Origin: Paraspadella gotoi
Taxonomy: Eukaryota > Animalia > Chaetognatha
DNA length: 64,000 nucleotides
NCBI GenBank assembly: GCA_051294375.1
Contig: CM119270.1
Coordinates: 4,344,742 to 4,408,741, forward strand
Direction: 5' to 3'
The notes under the pieces: generated by a model
Seen by the model: only the letters and a program-made list of their open reading frames with translations
What the model was told of the DNA's origin: nothing
Databases searched by the model: none
Part shown: piece by piece, positions 27,083 through 39,500 of the stretch
Position numbering within the stretch: position 1 is the stretch's first letter
Layout of the letters: each line of letters begins with the position of its first letter
Made by a program: the position numbers and the translations under genes

Positions 27083-27380
27083 TTGACGCGTCGACCCGGC
27101 GCTGTTTTGACGGCGCGGTCGCTCGGCGCTGTTTTTGACGGCGGTCAACGCCGGCGCTGTTTTGACGGCGCGGTCCCCGACGCGGCGCTGTTTGATGGCG
27201 CGGTCGACCCGGCCGCTGTTGTGATGGCTGCGGTCGACTCGGCGCTGTTTGACGCGCGGTCGACCCGGGCGCTGTCTTGAGCGGCGCGGTACACCCGGCG
27301 CTGTTTGATGGCGCGGTCGACTCGGGCGTGTTTGACGGCGCGGTCGACCCTGGGCGCTGTTTGGCGGTGCAAGTCGACCC
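27083..27380 (-). repeat. ~27-bp GC-rich tandem repeat (about 10 units) within pol, between RNase H and integrase
   Basis: Unit tttgacggcgcggtcgacccggcgctg; translates as STAPSNSAG-like repeats. Confidence 0.9.
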
Positions 27381-30300
27381 GACGTTGGTTGTGGGTGCTG
27401 GCTGCGTGGCGTTAGGTTCAGAACAACGCGTCAGCAACCAACATTGCATGCCTTTCAATTTCGCACATCGTTGTGAACTTCGGCATGACTGATAGCTGAT
27501 ACGATTGGCGGACGGTTTGTGGGCTCAGTCTTCTTTTTGATCGCCACGAAACAGACCTGCATGATCCGTATAGATCGTAAATGGTCGACCTTCACCGCAA
27601 GACGAAAATGTCGAACCTGCCTTTGAAGGCACCGAAAAGCTCTTTATCAAAAAGTGCCAAAGTTTTTGATTTTTTAGGCGAGTTTCGGCTGAGAAAAATG
27701 CCAGAGGCTCCAACCTTTCGGTCCGCGCTGTTCTAGAGACGGCGCCGACTGCTTGTGAATCGAGGCGATCAGTTGTACTGCGAGGCTCGGCGCTCAGTTC
27801 TGCGGTGAGTGGAGGAGCGCCGCGTTGAATTAGGCCATCCTTTATGGCTTCAAAAGGGGCGCGCCCGCCAGTCGTCCAGTTCCACTCAAGAGTCTTTGGT
27901 TTGCCGCTCAATGTTCGTAGAGAGGCGCGCATCCGATGAGCTACTCGCGGAACTAAACGTCGGTAGTAGTTTTATCATGCCTAGGACAACGTTGAAGCTC
28001 CTTTTGGATCGTTTGTGGGCCTCGTGGTTCGCGTGAGAGTATTGACTCTCTCCGGTAGGACGGTGACGCCAATTTTTGTCAACCAGAAGCCAAGAAATTC
28101 CAGGGATCACGGCCAAGTGACATTTTTTTGGTGTTCACCTGACCAAACCAGTTGGCATCAGGGCTTTGAAAACTCGCTCGAGATCTTGATGATGCTGCTT
28201 CTGGGACGATGAGGCGACGAGGATGTCGGTCAGATATACAAATGTGTGGGGAATGTCCCGAGTATTCGTCCATGAGTCGCTGGAAGAATCCTGTCCAGCA
28301 TTTTTGCAGGCCCAAAGGACAAACGTGGGAAGACAGAGTCCAAAAGGCGTTATGATACGCCGTCTTTTTGACGTCAATCAGGGTTTACTGGATTGATGAG
28401 TATCCTTTTAAAAAGTCGATTTTTGAAAAAGATCGAGTCTTTCCTTCAGTTGCGAAATTAAAATCCGTGAGAGCCTTTTACGGGTATTTGTCGTCGATGG
28501 TTGAGCTTCATCTACGATAATCTCCACAGCAGCGCCACCCGTCCATCCGGTTTGGGGACGAACGTGAGCGTGATGACCATTCAATTTTTCCCCTCTTGCG
28601 CGATACCCATTGACACGGCTCTTCTCCAACTCCCTTTTGGCGACAAGCCAGCTTCTCTGGATACCATGGCCGAGCCGCGCTCGAGACTGACAGGGGCGGC
28701 CCTTCGGTCGGGATGGAGTGGGTGACGCCATGCTCAGGTTTCTTTATTTCGAAGGTGGGAGTTGACGAAGAGGGAAAGGCACTCGAGGAGCTTGTAAAAA
28801 TTTTTCTCCGGCTACGATCAACAAAGTTTAAGTGAGCAGTCATCGTCCGTCTGCTAGTTGAACGCCGCGATTGTTGAATAATCCGTGAAGGGTCCATAGC
28901 AGCCGCGTCGCGGTGATTTGGCACCAACAAAAATTTCTGCCAAAAAATCCGCCCGAGGATGTGCTGCTTGACGTCGGCGACAACAAACATCGTAGTTGAA
29001 TTACGGTTTCCCAACGCTGCAACTGTCATTCCATGCGTGTGCCGTAGCAGTTGATGGGACAGCCGTTTGCGCGCTTGCAGTTTGATTCTCGGGTGCTAGG
29101 CCCGCCCCCTTTGCTCTTGATTGGGCGGGGACCTATGGAGAGGAGGGCGCCGCCATGCGACGACCATTTAGTTCGGATCCTTGGCGTCTCTTTATGAATA
29201 AAGAAGATCGTGGCGCCGCCGTGATCGAGTCGACTCACGGGGGAGGCGTTCACGCGACGGCGCCCCCCCTTTCCGTTTCCCTCGCGCTTCCTGCTGGCTC
29301 TCTCGAATTATTGAACAACCCGGTTCACAAGACCAAGCTTCCATCGTCCCAAACTTTCGCGTGTTTGTGCACAAAGGTCACGAGTTTGGTTTCGCCTTTC
29401 CTTTGTTGGTTGGCGTATTTTTCTTGCTGAAAATCCTCTTGTGAGCGGCGCCCACAGCATTGATTCCTGTCGTCGTCATCTGAGCTCCGCTCGCCCCTGA
29501 TCACGGAACTGGTGTCCGACTTGTGGATAAGGGATGAGCGATTGGCGATTTTTAAGTTGGCCGTCGTTGTCATAAGTGACGGTCAGCAATTGACAAAAGG
29601 TCCTGGTGAACAGCTCATCCGCCTTTACGTCTTCCAGTTGACGACGCAACATTCGTCGGGAGTTCGCGTAGAATCTTTTTCTTTACGAATGTTTCCGTTC
29701 CTTATCCCCCTTCAAGCGTTTCGCTCTCTCCACACTGGCGGAGGATCTTTGACGCTTGATGCGTCGCAGTCGGAGCATCGAGAATGCAGGCGGCCTGTGC
29801 GCCGGGCAAGGCCATATTCTTGCCAGATATTCGATTAAACGCATCATTGTTGAATCAGATAGTTCGCGTATAAGAATTGAGTTATCTTAGGAATCACGTT
29901 TACGGCTCCGATTTTAGATTCTAAGTGGGCGAATTTTGAATTTTGGCGGCGATAATTCCGCGCGAGTACAAGGCCGCCTCTAGCGTTTTATCCAAATTTC
30001 GATGTTGAGGTGTCGAAGTCTGGAGGTACGGACGTTTCGGCCTCGACGCTCGCTCGAGGCGGTGTCGCCGCGGCGAGGGCGGACGCGAAGCTCGTCGTTT
30101 TCGTCCGCGTAAGGTCGCGCTTGCGGCGCCCGCGCGCTGCCATAATCGGCATATGAAACTAACGTCGCGTCGTTAAATATTACAAGAGCAGGCCCGGCAT
30201 GAGCTCTGGGACGAGCGTCTCGAGACTCGAAAGCGGAGCGGCGTCGGCGAAGACCGCGCGACGTGAGCGAGAAGCGGTTGCCGCGACCAAGCCTCTGGAA

Positions 30301-30413
30301 CCTGGAGCGTACCGTCTGGTCGTGCGTAGCCAGAGGGAGACGGAGGAAGCGGATGGAGTCGCCTCATCGGGATCCTTCTCCAACACGGTGTGGGCACTCC
30401 AGAAAGTTGGCTT

Positions 30414-30431
30414 GGTTTGAATGTCGGTCCA
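30414..30431 (-). promoter_or_regulatory. Putative primer-binding site (TGGACCGACATTCAAACC)
   Basis: Starts with TGG directly after the CA end of the 5' LTR. Confidence 0.65.
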
Positions 30432-30770
30432 TGTGGGGAACGTCGGGGTTTCGCTAATAGCGGACACAGGGCGTGACAACATCAGTGATTCGTGGCTAAG
30501 TCGTGTACGAAGGAATGACGAGGGAAAACATCGAATACGAGATTTTGTTTATGGTGAAATTAAAAAGAGTTTCTAATGTTTATGTTGTAACATCTTTAAT
30601 CAAGACAAAAACAGTTTCTGATTTGAATTCAAAATAAGCAGGCACTTAAAGAAAACATTTTGGAAACAAAGATGAAATATTTGGGGGAGAATGGTGATCT
30701 TGAGGTTGAGTTGAGGTCAACCTAATTGTTAGGAATGATGGTTGACCGATCGACCTTAAAGGTGGCCGCA
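30432..30770 (-). repeat. 5' LTR of Gypsy copy 2
   Basis: Direct repeat of 24694-25032. Confidence 0.9.
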
Positions 30771-30944
30771 TTTTTAGAATTTTTTTTTTCTTTTTTCGAG
30801 TCGAAGCGAAAATCAGACTGCGTTGAAAGGATAAAGTGTCACCGGAATAAAAATTGGTATTTAAGATATTTTTTCTCTCTCTCTTCTCTCCTCTCTCTTC
30901 TCTCTCTCTCTCTCGTCTCTCTCATCTCTCTCTCTTCCTCTCTC

Positions 30945-31007
<63 letters not shown>

Positions 31008-31272
31008 ACACACACACACATTATTCCGACGCGATTCTAAAGTTAAAAAGTGTCGTCGGCCTCCAGACAACACGAATTTTCGGTTCCCTTTAAGAATGAA
31101 AACAAAGGTCAGTTGAGGTCGATCCAGCCTGTTGAAAAGAAACAAATTGGAAAAGAATACAAACGAATGCGTCTACGACCTCAATACCCTCACTTACCGT
31201 CTCTCTCTCTTCTCTCTCTCTCTCTCTCTTTCTTTCTCTCTCTCTCTCTCTCTCCGTCTTCTCTCTCTTCTT

Positions 31273-31304
<32 letters not shown>

Positions 31305-34300
31305 TTCATCCGATTGGTCTTACTCTTGGATGCTCATTATCCTCTCTGTTCTTTCATCTCTCTCTTGTGTTTTGTCTTATCTGTCTCTCTAGGTTATCTT
31401 TTTTTTATTTCTTTTTTGCGCGATACTTTTTTCTTTTCTCTCTTACTTCTCGTTTCTGGGTCTATTTCTATCTCTTCTCTCTTCTGATCTTTCTCTTTTT
31501 CTCTGCTCTTCTTCTAATTCTTCCGACTCTCTCATTCTCTCTGCTCTCTTTCTTTCTTCTCTCTTCCTCGCCTTCTTTTCTCGTCATCTTCTCTCGTTCT
31601 TGGTTCTTTCTTCTTTCTTCTCGTCTTTCTCCTCTCGCTTATCTCGTGTAGTATTCGGTCTGTAGTTATCGTCTCTCTATCTCTTGTCTTCTTCTCTCTC
31701 TCTCTTCTTGTTTCGAGTCATTTTTCTTTCTTTTCTCTCTACTCTCTCTTTCTTTCTCTTTACTCTATACATTAGGGTTTCTCCTTCTTTCTTCTCTCCT
31801 CTCCTCTCTTCCTCGTCGGTTCCTTCATCTCTTTTTTCAGATCGTGAGATCTCATTCATATATCTTCCTCTCTCTCCTCGCGACGCATCTCTCGAGTCAT
31901 CGATTATGAATCCGATTGCAGGGTTGATAGTTATCTCTCTCTTCACCTCTCTATATGGGTGTCAATATACTCTTTTTTGACTTTCGCACGAATCGATTTC
32001 ACGTTAATTTCTAGTGGTCTAAGAGATAGTTTTTTTGTTCAAGCCTATTTTTTTAGGCGAGAACGACTGGGGTAGTCTACTGAATTTGATCACGCTGATG
32101 TTCAGCATCAATTTGAATAAAATGATGTTGATTCGTAGTTTTGCATGAGTTCGAGTGATAATGGAATAAATATCATGATGTATCAAATTTTTCATAAAAT
32201 GAGAAATCATGGTTATTATGACTATAATTTGGTTATTTAAGGAACGATTTTGTAGCGGCGGGGCCTGGCGTGGATCGTCGATCAGTGAATATATTCGATT
32301 ATTTTCTTTTGTCTTAAATCCGAGTTAGAAATATTTTCTCGTTTTTCGTCGTCGGTCTAGTTCTATGTTGCATCCGCTTATTGTCGCCGTCTTCCGTCAT
32401 TTGTCCATCTCGTCTCTGCTTCCGTTGTCCTCCTTCGGTTGTCACTCGGTTGTCATCGTCTCATTTGTCCTGTTTCGAGTTATAGACGTCGTTGTTATGC
32501 AGGTCGTTATCTAGTTTTCGAAGTCCTTTTCTTTTTTCGCTTTTGTTCTTTGACATAAAGTGAAGTATCGTTTTTGTCCCTCTTCCGTTGAAAAGGGAAT
32601 TTTTAAATTCCATCCGCGATGGCAATCCGTCCTTCGAAAAGTCGATATTTCTTTTTCTTTTCAATTCAATTTCTAGAATCGATAAGTAAATGAGAATAAA
32701 GTTTGATAACCAGTGTAAAAGGACAATCCGATTAATTTTAATTAAAAGAAAAAAATCCTATTATTGAGATAATTCCAACTTGGACAATGCATATTATGTT
32801 CCACGAGAAAAGAAAAGAAGAATTTTAAAAATTTAAAGAAACAAACAGAGAGAAAAAAAGAAAACCTAACGATTTTCTGTTCTCTCTGACTGGGTTAATG
32901 GCCGGGCTGCAACTCTTTCTTTTTCCCCTGTTTGTTCTCTTCTCTTTTCTTTTATTTTTCTTTATTCGGGGCCATTTTTTTGTCTCGTGTTCTTTCTTTC
33001 TCTTTTTTAATTTATGTTTGTTTCTTTTGCCTTTCGTTTGCCATCTCATTTTCTTTCCTTTAGCGTTTGCCTTTTTTTTTACATTTTCCGCTTTACGTCT
33101 TACTTTTTTTTTTCTCCTCGTTCGTCGCCATCTTATATTTTTTTTTTCGTTTTCACATCTTCCGCTGTCGTCATCGCATTTCGGCGTGATTTCCACTCAA
33201 ACATCTTCCTTTTTTTTTTTTTATTACTTTCGTTAACTTTTAAATTTTTTTAATCCTTTCCCTTTTCAATCTTACGCTCTTCTTTTCCAATCCTTAATGC
33301 TCTTTAACATTTTCTTTTTGACTCTTCCTTCTCCCCCCCTTCGTTCTCCCCTACGCCCCTTTGCTTAATCGTCTCCCGTTTTCCCCCTTGTTTACCCCGA
33401 TGTCGTTTTCATGGACAATTGGGTGTAACATTTGTTTTTTCGACGGGGGCCTTGTTTTTCGTGGCTTTTTGTATTGTCGTTTGTTTTTTAAATGGTCTCA
33501 GTTTTTTTCTGCCATTAGTTACCAACGGGTAGAAAGCCTTTAACTGTGTCTAGGTTTTTTAATGATGTTACTTCTTTAACCAGTCGGCAGGGAAGACTTA
33601 ATTTTATGTTTAAAAATGCGGACGATTCTTTCATGGATTTCATTCATGTCCATTAGTTTTTTTGTTTGTTTTAAAATACATTAATATAGTTATTGGTATT
33701 TACCGCCAAATTTCTGTCGACGAAATTTATTTAGTAGTGAGATCGATTATCAGAGCGCAATTTATGGCACAATTACAATAGATTTCTTTTGTTATTATGT
33801 TATCTGATGTTTATTTTGGACAATTAATAACGATGGAAAAACATAAATTATACGGTCACCGTAATTCAGATTGGATATATTTAGATATACTAGATCCGAT
33901 CCCAAATTTGAGCGAATCCGAGATAAAAACATTTACTAGTATGATTCACATTGAGAAGATATTCTATTTCTCTCTCTTCTCTCTCCTCTTCTCTTCTCTC
34001 TCTCTCTCTCTTCTTCTCTCTATCCTCTTTCACACAGCTCTAAACTGCCCGGTCTCGATCCGCTTCCGCCGCTCCGACGACGACAGCCCGGCCATATCGG
34101 ACGCGGTGGACCGTCGTCTGGGCTCTTCCGTTTTTTTTGCCTCCGATAAAAAGTCAGGGGGGATTTTTTTCTTCTTTCGTGCCGATTGAGGGAGGGAAAC
34201 CAAATAACGCAACTGACGGCGACGCGTGGGGTCAACCGATGAGGGTGCGGGAATGGTGTTTATTTTGAAGCGAGGTGGTTTGGGAGGGTTAACCGCTGGA

Positions 34301-35613
34301 ATGGTAAAGTGGACGGTCCAAAAAAAAAAAAAACAGGTGGACTGGTAACGTGGGTCTAAAGGGGATAGGGGTGGGGAGAGTAAGGCGGAAAGGTGGAAGG
34401 GTGATTAAAGAGGCTCGAGAACTTTTCCGCGGTTTATTGCGCGGAATCCCTGGGTGGTATTGGAAGTGCCATTTATTCGGGCGCGAGCGCTACGGCCTTT
34501 TTTCTTCTTAATGTTTGCGGAATGAAAGCGGGCGCGACCTTTCCGCGCCTGGATTTCGTCCAAACGGACTCAGAAGGAAAGGTGGGGGATGTGAGGGAGG
34601 TGTGGCGGGGAGGGCGAGAAAGGAAAGGAATGAGAGGAAGGGAATTTAAGAAATATTCAAAATGAAAAAAGAAAAAGATTTTCGAAGCTAAAAAATGAAA
34701 TTTGTGCGTTTGGGTAAAGAAGATGGAGGGTCGAAATCGCGGACGAGACTTCAATTGGATATTTGTGTTTCGTGTCTTCTCTCTCTCTCTCTCTCTCTCA
34801 TCTCTTTCTCTCTTCTCTCTATCTCACGTTGTGGAATTGATGGAATTTGGCGAGAATAATTGGAATTGGTCCAAAAACGCTGAAGAGAGAAGCAACAAAC
34901 ATTGAAATCGATCTTCAGCGGACAGACGAACGGACACGGACAAACCGATGACCTGACAGTCAGACGTACGTACATCTAATCGCATCTCATCGAAATGCTC
35001 TTTCTTCGGTCGACTCCCCATCGTCTCGACCTTTGACCTCTCCAACGCGCGCGCCATCTTCGCACGCCATCGCGTCCGTGCACAGGCGTGCGCACGTGCG
35101 TAGACTTAAGCGCGTGTGAAGCGGTTTCGTTTACACGCACGCGCGAGTTTGCGTCTTTAACGCTTCGCTGAGATGCTGTCGATAGAAGGCTTAAGAAAAA
35201 AAAAAGCAATTTTATTCTACCTTTTGTGAAATTAGTACATCTATTATAAAATTATCCAATTATTTAATAAAAAAAGCTAAATATTGACTTTTTACTTTGG
35301 ACAAGCTATTTTACCAGATGACTATTATAGTACATAGTTAATAGTTAATGATATAGAAGGTCCCTGCAAGCTTTTTATCAATACTCCCGAACTGATTTAA
35401 CTTGATCCAACTAAGATAAGCAATACTGTTGAAGGCAAGATTGTTTATTTTTTGAATGAATAAATAATTTTAAATTGGTTGTTCCAATTTCATTATAATA
35501 CTAATAAATACGGTATAAAACTAATTACTTATTTCTATATAAGTAGTTTCCACTATCCACAATCCACTATCCACTATCCACTATCCACTTTTCTTCCCCT
35601 CTTTTTCAAACAG

Positions 35614-36461
35614 ACTCGACATCCGCCTCGGCGAGTGGATAGCGAGAGGAAGAAAGCTAAAGACTACAAAGGGTTCGGCAGCAGCAGCAGCGGCGGCAGC
35701 GGCAGCAGCGCCGGATCAGGTCATCGTCGTCGACAACGCCGCCTGCAAGTGGCGCCGCTCGTTCTGCGTCGTCGTCGTCGTCGACGCTCGTCTCTTCTTT
35801 CGTCCGGCGATTTTCTCGGCGTCGATTTCGGCGCCGGAATTCGGTTTCGAAGTCGGCGGCGTCGACGCCGTCGAGGAGACAGAGTAAGGGGTGTCGGCGG
35901 GGGCATAGCGGGTTCTATACTTACAATTGTTACAATTTAGGAGTTACGGTACTATTTTACTTTATCTTACTTAATTTTTACTTAAATAATTAACCTTTTA
36001 ATATCTTTCTAACGCTAACCCTATTTAACCTAATCACTAATCCCCTACCCTAGTCCCTAATCTCCTACCCTAATCCCTAATCCCCTACCCTAAAAAAAAC
36101 TTTAATTTACTTAAATTTAACTTTAAATTTTGCTAACTTAATCGAATAATCAAATATAAAATTGTTAAGTTCCAGAATATAGGTAAAATTATCGTTGTTT
36201 TTTTTTATCACACTGTCTTTCTTTCTCTTACCTTTTTTTCTCATGTTGCTTAACTTATACTTTGTGGCGAAAAAACGTCATCCAAACCTGACCCGAACCT
36301 GACCCCACTCATCACCCACCCGGTCAAACCCCCCCTTCCTCTCCCACCTTTCCCCCCCCTCTTCACAGAGAAGAAGAGAATTGGTTCCGATTTCGAGTCG
36401 ATCGACGGAGCGAAGATATTTTGGGAAAGAAGGTAAGTTTGAACCCCACCTGGTCAAATCG

Positions 36462-36510
<49 letters not shown>

Positions 36511-39500
36511 AGAGAGGAGAGGGACGGGAGGAGGAATAATTCTCAAGTATATTTTTAGAAAAGTGCTGATAAGTTAAACGCCCACGCAGTCAACGGGCGA
36601 ACCGCGCAGTTTTTGCAGAATGGAGACGTTGGGTAGGGGTGGGCAAAGGAGGATGAAAAGGGGAGGGTGAGAGGGAAAATTCGGGCGGAAGGTGGGTAAA
36701 GACGGGGGGAAACGTTTGAAAGGGGGGTCCAGGTGGTAGTGGGGTGGGCAAAGGCAGGGGAAGAGTTTTTAGGGAGTTCCAGGGTGGCAATGGGGGTGAG
36801 TAGGGGTAAAGAGTGGAGGGGACAAATGATGGGTGGTATCAAAATGGGGAGGGGACAGAGGATGAAAGTGGGCAAAGGGTTTAAAGGGGGTAGCAAAGGA
36901 GATTGTAGGGGGGTGAAAGGAGGTTTGACATGCAGAGGGGCTCGGGGGAGGGGCAAAGGAGATTGTTGGGGGGCGAAAGGAGGTTGACATGGGAGAGGGG
37001 CTCGGGGGGGCAAAGAGATTGTAAGGGGTGAAAGGAGGTTGACATGGGAGAGGGGCTCGGGGGCCAAAGGAGATTGTTGGGGGCGAAAGGAGGTTGACAT
37101 GGGAGAGGGCTTGGGGGGGGGAAAGGAAGTGGAATGGGGAGATGACCATTGAGGTCAGTGAGCGGTGAGTGACGACGAAATAACTTTGAATAAGATAGAA
37201 GATAACGAATCACGAATCTCTCTCTCTCTCAATGGGGGAAAAAAAACAACCGGAAACGGAGAGAAACGTCCACTTTGATGATGATTTCGCCACGCGCAAA
37301 ATCTAGAGAGACAAATGGCGACGATTAAAAAAAAAAAAAGAAGATTAAAAAATAAGAGTAATTGAATAAAAGATGAATTCCGGTGGCGAATAAGAATTGG
37401 TGTGGGGGAGGTGGCAGGTGGGGAAGGCGGGAGGAGAGGGTTGGGGATTCGGAGTTAAATTGGGGGGGCGAAGTTAGGGGAGGAGGGAGTGGAGTTATGG
37501 GGGGGGTGAGGAAAATGGAGGGAAAGATGATATTAAATGATAGTTGGGAGAGGAGGAGGGAAGGAGGAAGAGGTATGAGGAGAAGAGAAGGAAGGAAGGA
37601 GGAAGTGAGGAGGAGGAAAGGAGGAAGTGAGGAGGAGGGAAGGAGGTAGAGGTATGAAGAGAAGAGAGGAGGAGAGAGGGAGAATAAGAGGAGAGGAAGT
37701 AAGGAAAGAGGAGGAAGTGAAGAGGGAAGGAGGAAGAGAAGTGAGGATGAGGAAGGAGGAAGTGAGGGGAGAAGATGAGGAAAGTTGAAGATAATGAGGT
37801 AAGAAAAAGTTTGCGGTGATTAAATAAGAATTAAAACGAGTTTAGGATTGAAAGAAATGAGATTGAAAGTTTTCACCCGATCGGTTGTAGATATTACTCG
37901 AAAGATGCGGTAAGTGGAATGAATCAGTTGGTTGGAGGGATGGCCAATAGTCGGTGTGAGGGATGGCCAATGGTTGGTTGGAGGGATGGCAATTGTTGGT
38001 AAGCATTGCAATAGTTATATGTGGATTAGTTGTCGTAAAATTTTGAACGTTTATGTTAAATGTTCCTAGTTTATTCGTAGAATACATAAACCTTGAAAAA
38101 TGCCAGACGTTGATGCGTCGATCGTACGAAAGAGNNNNNNNNNNNNNNNNNNNNNNNNNNNNNNNNNNNNNNNNNNNNNNNNNNNNNNNNNNNNNNNNNN
38201 NNNNNNNNNNNNNNNNNNNNNNNNNNNNNNNNNNNNNNNNNNNNNNNNNNNNNNNNNNNNNNNNNNNNNNNNNNNNNNNNNNNNNNNNNNNNNNNNNNNN
38301 NNNNNNNNNNNNNNNNNGGCGGGTAAGGCAACGAGGAAGTAAGCAATAAATATCGGTTGAACGAGATGAAGATAGCAGAACTCAAAATCGAAAATCCGTT
38401 GAAGCAGAAATAAAAAAAAGGAACGACATTTTATTTTAAATTGCAACTTAAGCGACTTATTTATTTCTGTTTACTAAATGTGGTGTTTTTTTTATATTTA
38501 AAACGAAACTTTAATTCGCTTAAACGTTAAACATTCGGTCTGTTTGTTTTGTTTTGTTTTGTTTGGTTGTGTCCGGTTTGTTTGAAATGATTTTGAAATC
38601 TCATACATCGCGAAATATACAAATGGTTACAGGGCGTCCTGGAAAAGCAAAACCCGTTAAAGAATTAATGTCTTACGATTGCTTTCGGATGTTCCTTGGT
38701 AATTTAAAAACGACATACTGAAGAGACAGTAATTATTGTTATGTGTTAGTGACAGAACCGTTCAATATAAGCAGTCCCTGAGCTTCGGATCAGGCTGTAA
38801 CACCATGTTACAGGCGGGTTAAGCGCCCCGTCCCTCTTAACTGCCAGACGACCACCGGGCTAGAACCCCGGACCTTTGGGTTGGGAGGCGAATGACTTGC
38901 CTCCGGCACCAATGGCCGCTGATGAACGGTTGGTGGATTTTAGGCCACCATAATACTGTAATTTAGTATAAATATAGGTAAATTAGTCAAATTTTTCGGA
39001 TAACAGTTAATTTTTATAAATGTTAAAACCCCGACTTTACTCTTTCTATTTTTTTTTTCCTTCAGAAGAAAATCTTGAGTTGCAGCAACGGCGTCTGCAG
39101 ACGGAGCGGAAGAGAGGGCGGTTGTGGAAGCGGAAGCGGAAACGGTGGAAGCGGAAGAGCGGATGGCGGAAGCGAAAGAACCGGCGCCGATTCCTTCGCT
39201 TGCGACGCCGAATTCCCTGCAACGACGACGCCGCCTCTCACCGACGCCGTGAGAGAGAGACTGCGCCTCACGTGGGAAATACGCGCGCGGAAAAAGTGAG
39301 CGGAAGTGGGCATTGCAATGAGCGGAAGTGAGCGTGGCAATGCGTTGAAGTGAGCGTAGCAATGAGTTGAAGTGGGGGTATGAGTGGAAGTGAGCGTGGT
39401 AATGAGTGGGAGAGGGCGTAGCAATGAGTGGGAGTGATTCTAGAAATGATTTTCTACCTAATTTATAATCACCTCAATTATCATTACTATTTATTAACAT

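Larger units (their letters stand above)
24694..30770 (-). mobile_element. Full-length Ty3/Gypsy LTR retrotransposon copy 2 (~6.08 kb), ORFs broken by many indels
   Basis: Two 339-bp LTRs with TG...CA ends, PBS and PPT. gag ~30400-29270; PR GGALLSI ~29150; RT GWRCCGDYRR ~28520, ITPFGL and FQRLMD ~28300; RH GRPFTIYTDH ~27570; IN HGLGHPG ~26790, FHRRLK ~26295, YEGAYRV ~25895. Confidence 0.95.

Noticed and set aside
24689-30775. Target-site duplication of Gypsy copy 2
   Set aside because: The flanks (cattt / ttttt) are only T-rich, not an exact repeat.
30726-33253. Many SLSL, ERER and Phe-rich ORFs (also 7894-8827, 21008-21576, 43024-43990, 49854-51271)
   Set aside because: Translations of AG/CT microsatellites, purine/pyrimidine tracts or N-gaps.
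36015-36095. Interstitial telomere (CCCTAA-like)
   Set aside because: Short, degenerate and intronic; not a true (TTAGGG)n array.
39220-39295. Globin A-helix resemblance (LTDAVRERLRLTWEI)
   Set aside because: The spliced downstream exons show no globin CD1 Phe or proximal His pattern.
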